Of a stretch of DNA of 64,000 bases, positions 16,854-28,357 are shown piece by piece. A program made the position numbers and the translations under genes. This DNA is from Macrostomum lignano (lineage: Eukaryota): positions 1 through 64,000 of the forward strand of contig NIVC01003643.1 of the NCBI GenBank assembly GCA_002269645.1. Direction: 5' to 3'. The notes beneath the pieces were generated by a model. It worked only from the letters and a program-made list of their open reading frames with translations, did not search any database and was not told the DNA's origin. The number at the start of each line of letters is the position of its first letter. Positions within the stretch are counted from its first letter, which is position 1.

Positions 16854-16912
16854 GATTCGAACCTAGGTCGCTGCATTAGCAGTCTGGTCTGTTCAGCTCT
16901 AGGCTAGCTCTC
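16854..16912 (-). other. tRNA-derived fragment (SINE head or tRNA pseudogene)
   Basis: Minus strand ...CAGACTGCTAATGCAGCGACCTAGGTTCGAATC has a B-box (GGTTCGAATC) and an anticodon-loop-like GACTGCTAAT; no complete cloverleaf. Confidence 0.3.
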
Positions 16913-17339
16913 ATCGAAGTTATCAGTGATGTTGTACCACTTATATAATTCAACACTCACACCAAGTCAGGTAGAGTAAAAAGTCTCACGAAGCAGTTAT
17001 GACATAATCAATTTCTTAGGCAAGTCAGTACCAGTGTCTATGAAAGTTTACAATATGGTTACGTAATATAAATTCAGTACTGCGCTATGCTTTCACACTC
17101 AAAGCTGTGACGCAATTCAATTGAGTGTCAAATTCAGCCAGTACACAGACGATAAATAAAGTGTATTGTGATGCAATCTATTTCAGAATCAGAATTCAAC
17201 CAGTCAGTTTTTCTGCTAGCATTCTTACGATGCATTTCAAGTCGAAAGAGCTGCTTGACCTTTGCAAAAAAGCATGTTTTTCGAATATTTAATCCCTTTA
17301 GCATCAAGCAATTTCTTAGCCACGATGCATGTACTGTCA

Positions 17340-17466
17340 CGGGAAAATTTCTGATCGAACAGTGCAAGTTCGAAGAAAATCGGTTGAGCCGTTTTTGCTA
17401 AAATCGATCACACACACACACATACACACACACACATACCGACAGACCATTTTTAGTATATTGGAT
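17340..17466 (+). mobile_element. Possible non-autonomous Helitron-like element end with internal (CA)n
   Basis: CAAGTTCGAAGAAAATCGGTTGAGCCGTTTTT followed by (CA)n, GACAGAC and TTTTAGTATA; from memory this resembles microsatellite-carrying Helitron derivatives. Not verified. Confidence 0.25.
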
Positions 17467-17504
17467 GAAAGTTATAGAAATTCTGGCTGCAGAAGTTCTG
17501 CATT

Positions 17505-17549
17505 CTGATTGGCTGAATCCAGCACCAGATGTCGTATCTGCTGTATAAG
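17505..17549 (+). promoter_or_regulatory. Candidate core promoter of the neuropeptide-precursor gene (Y-box CTGATTGG at 17505, TATA-like TATAAG at 17544)
   Basis: Motif spacing fits a start site near 17575, about 50 nt before the ATG at 17628. Motif match only. Confidence 0.3.
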
Positions 17550-17627
17550 TAGCCCCGTTGGATACTAATGATTTGCTAAATTTCCAAAATCAGTACAAGA
17601 AAGCTCACCTATTACAAGCCTGTTAAA

Positions 17628-18089
17628 ATGCCACCCACCGTAAAACTGGCCCTCGCTCTGATAGCTCTGATTCACCTGATTGATTACCCAGCTCTCGCCT
17701 TGAACCAACCGGGTAAGACAGCGAGAACTTCTTTCAAACTTAATATCAAGAAAAATTCTCATTTTTCTACCCTAGTTGATTCTGTCCCAATTTATTAAAT
17801 TTCAGATTTTTCACCTGAAGAAATTGCCAGCCTTAATGAGGCTATGGAAAAGCGATTTGCAGGTAAACACCTATTCTGTACGGCGTAAACACGAGTCTGT
17901 TTTGTAAATACCTTGATTTTAAGCAAGAATTATGGATTTATCGCTCCTCCTGCAGACCCGGAGAGCCTGTTCGGCAGTCCGCTGCAGTGGAACAGCGAGG
18001 ACATCGAGTTCCGGCCGGCCTCCAGCACTGCGGGCTTCAAGCCGCTGAGAGGCAAGAGGACCCGAGGCCGAGGCAGACCTGACAACTGA
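17628..18089 (+). CDS. Putative neuropeptide precursor; join(17628..17712,17806..17862,17956..18089), 91 aa
   Basis: MPPTVKLALALIALIHLIDYPALA-LNQPDFSPEEIASLNEAME-KR-FADPESLFGSPLQWNSEDIEFRPASSTAGFKPLR-G-KR-TRGRGRPDN*. Signal-peptide-like N-terminus, dibasic KR and amidation signal GKR. Two 93-nt phase-1 introns (GTAAG..TTCAG, GTAAA..TGCAG); total 276 nt = 92 codons. Confidence 0.78.
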
Positions 18090-18279
18090 GCAGCTTATTA
18101 GACTGCAGACTAAACTACTCACACCTGTACTCGAGCTTAACACCTTCGATTATCTAAGGAGCTCATTAAAGTTTCATGCCAATTCGGAAAACTTTGAATT
18201 AAAACTAAGTAGGATCCCTGCAAGAATTGGCTCGCATATTTTAATTAGCGTTTTGTCTTACTATAAGTAGAGAAATAAG

Positions 18280-18605
18280 CAAAATGCATAGAAATGGCGC
18301 CAACATGCATAGAAATGGCGCCATGCCCATAATGCATAGAAATGGCGCCAAAGTGCATAGAAATGGCGCCAAAATGCATAGAAATGGTGCCATCATGCAT
18401 AGAAATGGCGCAAAAATGCATAGAAATGGCACCAAAATGCATAGAAATGGCACCAAAATGCATAGAAATTGCGCCAAAATGCATAGAAATGGTGCCAAAA
18501 ATGCATAGAAATAGCGCCGAAATGCATAGAAATGGCGCCAAAGGGCATAGAAATGGCGCCGAAATGCATAGAAATGGCGCCAAAATGTATAGAAATGGTG
18601 TCATA
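18280..18605. repeat. Minisatellite, 21-nt unit GCATAGAAATGGCGCCAAAAT
   Basis: Directly visible, ~15 copies. Confidence 0.95.
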
Positions 18606-19123
18606 ATGTACACAATTTAGTCTAGGAGTGCACATATGAAACTCCATGAAATGAAGACCTATTCCCTCCCATTCATTCCTCGCCAACAGTAATTCAAGTG
18701 CATCGGAAATCTCAGTGCAAACGTTTAGGCTAATTTTTTAATAAGGCTAATCGTTTAAACTTGTGCCCGTTTTAACTATGCACCTCAGCACAGAGCCGCA
18801 CAGGTTAAGTCCCCCCTGTCCGCAGCGAATATTGAATGGGAATTCAGTCAAGTTTGTATGGCACGCCTGCATGGGCCACAGTGCCTTATCTTATCAGTTC
18901 TGGCGCACCCTCCAGGGCAAACGGCCTCACATAAGGGTGGGAGCAACCCCCTCCAACCTCCAACTGATAAGGAAAGTGGGGACGCCAGGTGTGCAGTCTG
19001 AGTAGGCCCAATAATAGCTATCTGTATGCACATGCATTTTATAGCGGACTCATCAAGAATCAGGGAAGCGAGGCGCACAAGAATTGTCTTCGGTCTTTTC
19101 ATCTGTCAGTCTGTCGAGTAAAA

Positions 19124-19901
19124 ATGCAAATCACAGCATTTGTCTTTGCACTGCTGTCCCTGCCTGCTCTGGTGGCAGCGCAGGCGGCCTCGGCCGGCAT
19201 CCAGTACATCATTGTGATCGACGCTGGCAGCACGGGCACCCGGCTGAACGCCTACAAGTTCCAGCTGGACGGCAGCCACTCCACCGGGCTGAGGATCCTC
19301 GAGCTGAGGGACAAGAAGATCTCGCCAGGCATGTCGGCCTACAAGAACTTCCCGGGCCGCCTGCGGCAGGCTCTCAGCCCGCTGATGAAATTTGCCGAAG
19401 CTTACGTGCCGGCCAGTTTCCATGGCAACACCACGGCGATAGTGCGAGCGACTGCCGGCCTGCGACTGCTGGCGCCGAGGGATCGAGCCGCGGTGTCCCG
19501 GGTTGTCGTTGAAGTGCTGCGCAAGTCGCCATTCTTGGTGCCGGCCGCGGACGACAGGGCTGTGCGAGTCATCTCGGGCAGGGAGGAGGCCGAGTACGGC
19601 TGGGTGTCCGTGAACTTCCTCATGGACACCTTCGACCAGCCGGGCGAAGAGACTTACGGCATGTTGGACATGGGAGGCGGCTCCACCCAGATCACCTTTG
19701 TGCCTAAGGAGGACGACTTGCAGGTGCGTAGTATCCTCAGATTAGTTAGTTAGTCAGTCAGTCAGTCAGTAGTTAGTTAGTTAGTTAGTTAGCTAGTTAT
19801 TTATTTATTTATTTATTTATTTAGTAAGTTAGTTAGTTAGTTAGCTAGTTATTTATTTATTTATTTATTTATTTAGTTAGTTAGTTAGTTAGTTAGTTAG
19901 C

Positions 19902-19932
<31 letters not shown>

Positions 19933-19969
19933 CTAGTTATTTATTTATTTATTTATTTATTTAGTTAGC

Positions 19970-20040
<71 letters not shown>

Positions 20041-20109
20041 CTAGTTAGTTAGATAGTTAGTTAGTTAGCTAGTTATTTATTTATTTAGTTAGTTAGCTAG
20101 TTAGTTAGC

Positions 20110-20146
<37 letters not shown>

Positions 20147-20147
20147 G

Positions 20148-20196
<49 letters not shown>

Positions 20197-20197
20197 C

Positions 20198-20248
<51 letters not shown>

Positions 20249-20293
20249 CTAGTTATTTATTTATTTATTTATTTATTTACTTAGTTAGTTAGC

Positions 20294-20356
<63 letters not shown>

Positions 20357-20401
20357 CTAGTTAGTTAGTTAGTTAGTTAGCTAGTTAGTTAGTTAGTTAG
20401 C

Positions 20402-20448
<47 letters not shown>

Positions 20449-20449
20449 C

Positions 20450-20504
<55 letters not shown>

Positions 20505-20505
20505 C

Positions 20506-20560
<55 letters not shown>

Positions 20561-21372
20561 CTAGCTAGCAACCGGCCGCCATCACAACCTGCCAGGACAG
20601 CTACCGAGTCGTGTTCGAAACGGTGCGGGGCCGGAACTACGCCCTGCACCAGCACAGCTACCTGGGCCTCGGCATGTCGCAGGCCATCCTCACAATGCTC
20701 GGCCACATCGACGCCACCGCGGAGCCGACAGCCAACCTCAGTCGCTACGTGTCGCCCTGCCTTCACCCGGACTTTTCATCGACCTTCAGCTTCGGCAGCG
20801 TCACTGTAGACGTCGCGGGAGATCCCGACGTTGCTCCGGCTGACCGGCTGTCCGTCTGCCTCCGCGCCGCCCGACGCGCCCTCGCCGGCGGCAACGTGCA
20901 CCAGCCGCCGGGCGTGAAGCACGCCAAGTTCGTGGCCGTCAGCTCATTCTTCTATGTGGCCCGCCAGCTGGTTGACTCGGACCCGCAGTGGCGCGCCGCT
21001 GTTCCCGGCAACGTGACGTTGATGCAGCTCGCCCAGGCCGCCGGGCGGATGTGCGCCAATCCGCCAACCTCTGGCAGGTACGCGCCCTACCTGTGCTTCA
21101 ACCTGGCCCACATTATCACCCTGCTCAGGGAGGGCTACCGCTTCCAGGACGAGCAGGCGCTATACGTCACTGACGCAATCGACGGCTACTCGGCTGGCTG
21201 GTCTCTGGGCCTGGCAATCCACTACCTGACCTGCCACGACCCCGTCATCGTCCGTTGTCTGGTGCCGAACTCGAGCCGCGGCTCCGCTGCCGCATCCCCG
21301 GAACTCTGGAGCTTCTTCATGACGGCTGCCGAGCTGCTGCTGCCTTCCGTCATCAACGCCGCTGGCGCTTGA
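19124..21372 (+). CDS. GDA1/CD39-family ecto-nucleoside triphosphate diphosphohydrolase (NTPDase5/6-like); join(19124..19723,20569..21372), 467 aa
   Basis: Signal peptide; ACR1 IDAGSTGTR, ACR2 ATAGLRLL, ACR3 SGREEAEYGWVSVN, ACR4 LDMGGGSTQ, HSYLGLG, ACR5 GWSLG. Phase-0 intron CAG|GTGCGT ... CTAG|CAA gives a continuous frame. Confidence 0.92.
19740..20568. repeat. (TTAG)n microsatellite with (TTTA)n and CTAG interruptions, filling the NTPDase intron
   Basis: Directly visible. Confidence 0.98.
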
Positions 21373-21715
21373 CGAGCTTCTTAATTGGCTGATTGGGTTG
21401 CTTTTTTTACCTGTACAGACGGACAGGGACAAGTCAGGGAAGGTGACCTCTGGTTTTCTGAGGGTTGGCTCTTTATTTTACATGAGAAAAAATGTTTTTG
21501 CAATAATACATTGCTGCAAATAACTTCGGATATCTACTATCCTTTTGGACCTAAACTACAATTTATAATAGCGATTCAGAGACTAAGCCTGCCTACTTAC
21601 AGTAGCTTTATCGCAACTTTACTTTCTATCAGTACAAATTGACTTTCTCAGAGAACATGATCCCGGCCCATTTTACTAGGGGTCAGCTACCCCTGTCCAA
21701 AAGGTTGGTGGAAAG

Positions 21716-21729
21716 AGAGACAGACAGCG

Positions 21730-21778
<49 letters not shown>

Positions 21779-21801
21779 CTAAGACAGACAGACAGACACT
21801 A

Positions 21802-21838
<37 letters not shown>

Positions 21839-21839
21839 T
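21716..21839. repeat. (GACA)n microsatellite
   Basis: Directly visible. Confidence 0.95.
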
Positions 21840-22254
21840 AAATCTCTCCGAGGCGCACTTCAAGCTGGCAGCATCTACTCAGCGCGGTCGGAAATGTGTT
21901 TGCAGCTGCACTGTGCTCGAATTCCTGTTCTGAAAAATATCATAAATTATCCCAGGCAGAGAGACCCAGACGGCTCGCATTGTCAGAACTAAGTTTATGG
22001 GACTCTGGTGGCTCATAGCGATTCGAATCACGACTTAGCTTGAGCAGACGAAGGATAAATAGTGAGCAGTCAGCTGAGTGCTCCTCAGCCTACCTCCAAA
22101 GATAACAAACAGGATTGGCAACTGTGTCTTTGAATAGGGCTTCAAGTTTATGCACTCCCTGTGAAAACATTAATTTCTACCTAACTTTGTAGCTTCCGAT
22201 ACATGCAGAGATTCAGATTGATTCAGAGCATTGTGATATTTATGGAACTGAAAG

Positions 22255-25200
22255 CTAAGTTGGATAGAATAGGATAGAATCGACTAAATAGGACAGAATC
22301 GATATTATAGGATGGAATAGTATAGAATCGATTAAATAGGATATAATCGATATTATAGGATAGAATAGTATAGAATCGATTAAATAGGATAGAATTAGTA
22401 TGATATGATAGAGTAGTATAGAATCGATTAAATAGGATGGAATCGATATTATAGGATAGAATAGTATAGAATCGATTCAATAGGATAGAATTGATATTAT
22501 ATGATGGAATAGTATACAATCGATTAAATAGGATAGAACCGATATTATAGGATAGAATAGTATAGAATCAATTAAATAGGATGAATCGATATTATAGGAT
22601 AGAATCGACTAAATAGGATAGAATTGATATGATAGGATAGAATAGTATAGAACCGATTAAATAGGATAGAATCGATATTATAGGGTAGAATAGTATAGAA
22701 TCGATTAAATAGGATATAATTGATATTATAGGATGGAATAGTATAGAATCGATTAAATAGGATAGAATCGATATTATAAGGTAGAATAGTATAGAACCGA
22801 TTAAATAGGATAGAATCGATATTATATGATGGAATAGTATAGAATCGATTAAATAGGACAGAATCGATATTATATGATTGAATAGTATAGAACCGATTAA
22901 ATAGGATAGAATCGATATTATAGGGTAGAATAGTATAGCATCGATTAAATAGGATATAATTGATATTATAGGATGGAATAGTATAGAATCGATTAAATAG
23001 GATAGAATCGATATTATAGGGTAGAATAGTATAGAACCGATTAAATAGGATAGAATCGATATTATATGATGGAATAGTATAGAATCGATTAAATAGGACA
23101 GAATCGATATTATAGGATGGAATAGAATAGTATCGATTAAATAGGATAGAATCGATATTATAGGGTAGAATAGTATAGAACCGATTAAATAGGATAGAAT
23201 CGATATTATATGATGGAATAGTATAGAATCGATTAAATAGGACAGAATCGATATTATAGGATGGAATAGTATAGAATCGATTAAATAGGATAGAATCGAT
23301 ATTATAGGATAGAATAGTATAGAATCGATTAAATAGGATAGAATTGATATTATATGATTGAATAGTATAGAACCGATTAAATAGGATAGAATCGATATTA
23401 TAGGGTAGAATAGTATAGAATCAATTAAATAGGATATAATTGATATTATAGGATAGAATAGTATAGAATCGATTAAATAGGACAGAATCGATATTATAGG
23501 ATGGAATAGTATAGAATCCATTAAATAGGATAGAATCGATACTATAGGATAGAATAGTATATAATCGATTAAATAGGATAGAATTGATATTGTAGGATAG
23601 AATAGTATAGAATCGATTAAATAGGATGGAATCGATATTATAGGATAGAATAGTATAGAATCGATTCAATAGGATAGAATTGATATTATATGATTGAATA
23701 GTATAGAACCGATTAAATAGGATAGAATCGATATTATATGATGGAATAGTATAGAATCGATTAAATAGGACAGAATCGATATTATAGGATGGAATAGAAT
23801 AGAATCGATTAAATAGGATAGAATCGATATTATAGGATAGAATAGTATAGCATCGATTCAATAGGATAGAATTGATATTATAGGATGGAATAGTATAGAA
23901 TCGATTAAATAGGATAGAATCGATATTATAGGGTAGAATAGTATAGAACCGATTAAATAGGATAGAATCGATATTATATGATGGAATAGTATAGAATCGA
24001 TTAAATAGGACAGAATCGATATTATAGGATGGAATAGTATAGAATCGATTAAATAGGATAGAATCGATATTATAGGATAGAATAGTATAGAATCGATTCA
24101 ATAGGATAGAATTGATATTATATGATTGAATAGTATAGAACCGATTAAATAGGATAGAATCGATATTATAGGGTAGAATAGTATAGAATCAATTAAATAG
24201 GACAGAATCGATATTATAGGATGGAATAGTATAGAATCCATTAAATAGGATAGAATCGATATTATAGGATAGAATAGTATAGAATCGATTCAATAGGATA
24301 GAATTGATATTATATGATTGAATAGTATAGAACCGATTAAATAGGATAGAATCGATATTATAGGGTAGAATAGTATAGAATCAATTAAATAGGATATAAT
24401 TGATATTATAGGATAGAATAGTATAGAATCGATTAAATAGGACAGAATCGATATTATAGGATGGAATAGTATAGAATCCATTAAATAGGATAGAATCGAT
24501 ACTATAGGATAGAATAGTATATAATCGATTAAATAGGACAGAATCGATATTATAGGATAGAATAGTATAGAATCGATTAAATAGGATAGAATCGATATTA
24601 TAGGGTAGATTAGTATAGAATCGATTAAATAGGATAGAATCGATATTATAGGATAGAATAGTATAGAATCGATTCAATAGGATAGAATTGATATTATATG
24701 ATTGAATAGTATAGAATCCATTAAATAGGATAGAATCGATACTATAGGATGGAATAGTATAGAATCGATTAAATAGGATAGAATCGATATTATAGGGTAG
24801 AATAGTATAGAATCGATTAAATAGGATATAATTGATATTATAGGATGGAATAGTATAGAATCTATTAAATAGGATAGAATTGATATTATATGATTGAATA
24901 GTATAGAACCGATTAAATAGGATAGAATCGATATTATAGGGTAGAATAGTATAGAACCGATTAAATAGGATAGAATCGATATTATATGATGGAATAGTAT
25001 AGAATCGATTAAATAGGACAGAATCGATATTATAGGATGGAATAGTATAGAATCGATTAAATAGGATAGAATCGATATTATAGGATAGAATAGTATAGAA
25101 TCGATTCAATAGGATAGAATTGATATTATATGATTGAATAGTATAGAACCGATTAAATAGGATAGAATCGATATTATAGGGTAGAATAGTATAGAATCAA

Positions 25201-27600
25201 TTAAATAGGATATAATTGATATTATAGGATAGAATAGTATAGAATCAATTAAATAGGACAGAATCGATATTATAGGATGGAATAGTATAGAATCCATTAA
25301 ATAGGATAGAATCGATATTATAGGATAGAATAGTATAGAATCGATTCAATAGGATATAATTGATATTATATGATTGAATAGTATAGAACCGATTAAATAG
25401 GATAGAATCGATATTATAGGGTAGAATAGTATAGAATCAATTAAATAGGATATAATTGATATTATAGGATAGAATAGTATAGAATCGATTAAATAGGACA
25501 GAATCGATATTATAGGATGGAATAGTATAGAATCCATTAAATAGGATAGAATCGATACTATAGGATGGAATAGTATATAATCGATTAAATAGGACAGAAT
25601 CGATATTATAGGATGGAATAGTATAGAATCGATTAAATAGGATAGAACCGATATTATAAGATAGAATAGTACAGCATCGACTCAATAGGATAGAATTGAT
25701 ATTATATGATTGAATAGTATAGAATCGATTAAATAGGACAGAATCGATATTATAGGATGGAATAGTATAGAATCCATTAAATAGGATAGAATCGATACTA
25801 TAGGATGGAATAGTATAGAATCGATTAAATAGGATAGAATCGATATTATAGGGTAGAATAGTATAGAATCGATTAAATAGGATATAATTGATATTATAGG
25901 ATGGAATAGTATAGAATCGATTAAATAGGATGGAATTGATATTATATGATTGAATAGTATAGAACCGATTAAATAGGATAGAATCGATATTATAGGGTAG
26001 AATAGTATAGAACCGATTAAATAGGATAGAATCGATATTATATGATGGAATAGTATAGAATCGATTAAATAGGACAGAATCGATATTATAGGATGGAATA
26101 GTATAGATTCGATTAAATAGGATAGAATCGATATTATAAGATAGAATAGTATAGCATCGATTCAATAGTATAGAATTGATATTATATGATTGAATAGTAT
26201 AGAACCGGTTAAATAGGATAGAATCGATATTATAGGGTAGAATAGTATAGAATCGAATAAATAGGATATAATTGATATTATAGGATGGAATAGTATAGAA
26301 TCGATTAAATAGGATAGAATCGATATTATAGGGTAGAATAGTATAGAACCGATTAAATCGGATAGAATCGATATTATATGATGGAATAGTATAGAATCGA
26401 TTAAATAGGACAGAATCGATATTATAGGATGGAATAGTATAGAATCGATTAAATAGGATAGAATCGATATTATAGGGTAGAATAGTATAGCATCGATTCA
26501 ATAGGATATAATTGATATTATAGGATAGAATAGTATAGAATCGATTAAATAGGATAGAATCGATATTATAGGGTAGAATAGTATAGAATGGATTAAATAG
26601 GATAGAATCGATATTATAGGATAGAATAGTATAGAATCGATTCAATAGGATAGAATTGATATTATATGATTGAATAGTATAGAACCGATTAAATAGGATA
26701 GAATCGATATTATAGGGTAGAATAGTATAGAATCAATTAAATAGGATATAATTGATATTATAGGATAGAATAGTATAGAATCGATTAAATAGGACAGAAT
26801 CGATATTATAGGATGGAATAGTATAGAATCCATTAAATAGGATAGAATCGATATTATAGGATAGAATAGTATAGAATCGATTAAATAGGATAGAATTGAT
26901 ATTGTAGGATAGAATAGTATAGAATCGATTAAATAGGATAGAATTAGTTTGATATGATAGAGTAGTATAGAATCGATTAAATAGGATGGAATCGATATTA
27001 TAGGATAGAATAGTATAGAATCGATTAAATAGGATAGAATTGATACTATAGGGTAGAATAGTATAGAATCGATTAAATAGGATAGAATCGATATTATAGG
27101 GTAGAATAGTATAGAATCGATTAAATAGGATATAATTGATATTATAGGATAGAATAGTATAGAATCGATTAAATAGGATAGAATTGATATTGTAGGATAG
27201 AATAGTATAGAATCGATTCAATAGGATAGAATTGATATTATATGATTGAATAGTATAGAACCGATTAAATAGGATAGAATTGATATTGTAGGATAGAATA
27301 GTATAGAATCGATTCAATAGGATAGAATTGATATTATATGATTGAATAGTATAGAACCGATTAAATAGGATAGAATTGATATTGTAGGATAGAATAGTAT
27401 AGAATCGATTAAATAGGATATAATTGATATTGTAGGATAGAATAGGATAGAATAGGTTAAATAGGATAGAATCGATTAAATAGAATATAATCGATATTAT
27501 AGGATAGAATAGGATAGAATCGACAGAATAGGATAGAATCGATATTATAGTGTATAATAGGATAGAATCGATTAATAGGATGAAGTATAATTGATGGAAT
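22255..27600. repeat. Large AT-rich satellite, 48-nt unit AGGATAGAATCGATATTATAGGATAGAATAGTATAGAATCGATTAAAT, ~110 copies
   Basis: Directly visible; the 16-aa periodicity of the minus-strand pseudo-ORFs matches 48 nt. Confidence 0.98.
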
Positions 27601-28357
27601 AAGAAGGAACAGTTGTAAGATATATTTAAAAAATGAATTGAATAGGATACACGTCAGTCCCCAGTCAGCGGTTCAGTGATTTTCATATACTATTGCAATG
27701 ATGGACAGAGAGAAGCCATTATGCATGCATGCAGGGCGGAGTCCTGGAGAGCCGTTAATAACGCTACTCTAACTCTACAGAAGTACCGCATTACGCTCGT
27801 AATAATTTCCAGACTTGGTTGCGGAAATCCGATCTTCACAGCTACTGCAAAACTAAGAAATGAGAACACTCAGAGAAAAATCTCTTTAGTTACTTTTCAA
27901 CAGGCAGGTGGCTCTCGCCAGATTCTTACAGTAACTCAAGATTTTCGAAGGCTCGAGCCATCTCTCCATGAGCCTTGGAATTGTGTATATATTCCGCTAA
28001 AAACGGCCACTATTGTCTTTGTACGCCCGCAGTCTGTTGTTGAAGTCAGGCTGTTTGAAAAATTACATCTCTTCTGGCATCTGCCGCCCCTGCACTCCTC
28101 ATTAGGGCAGGGCGAGGAGGCCTGAGAGATACCGACAGCCAATGACGATGAGAGAAGAAGGGAAAGAGGGGGCAGAGAGGGTGAAAGACAAGACAAGAGG
28201 GTGAAAACTTGCTACATAAGCTGCAGTCGTGATGCTTCAATGCAAGACTATACCCATGTGCAGCGGTGTTTTATACTGCACAGCTCAATTTGACTGCACT
28301 ACTCGAACTATTTTGTTCATAAGGCCCCGAAGACCATCAAGTTTGTTAGAGGAACCT

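Noticed and set aside
17956-18089. NPF/NPY identity for the candidate neuropeptide (PESLFGSP, trailing GRP)
   Set aside because: It lacks the diagnostic C-terminal GRPRF-amide and conserved Tyr positions.
22223-27317. Repetitive minus-strand ORFs (YNIDSILFNRFYTILS)
   Set aside because: Product of the 48-nt satellite; no splice or codon evidence.
27676-28240. ORFs upstream of the adaptor as a possible PTB exon or Cys-rich peptide
   Set aside because: No PTB-like motifs, non-ATG starts, and no convincing splice link.
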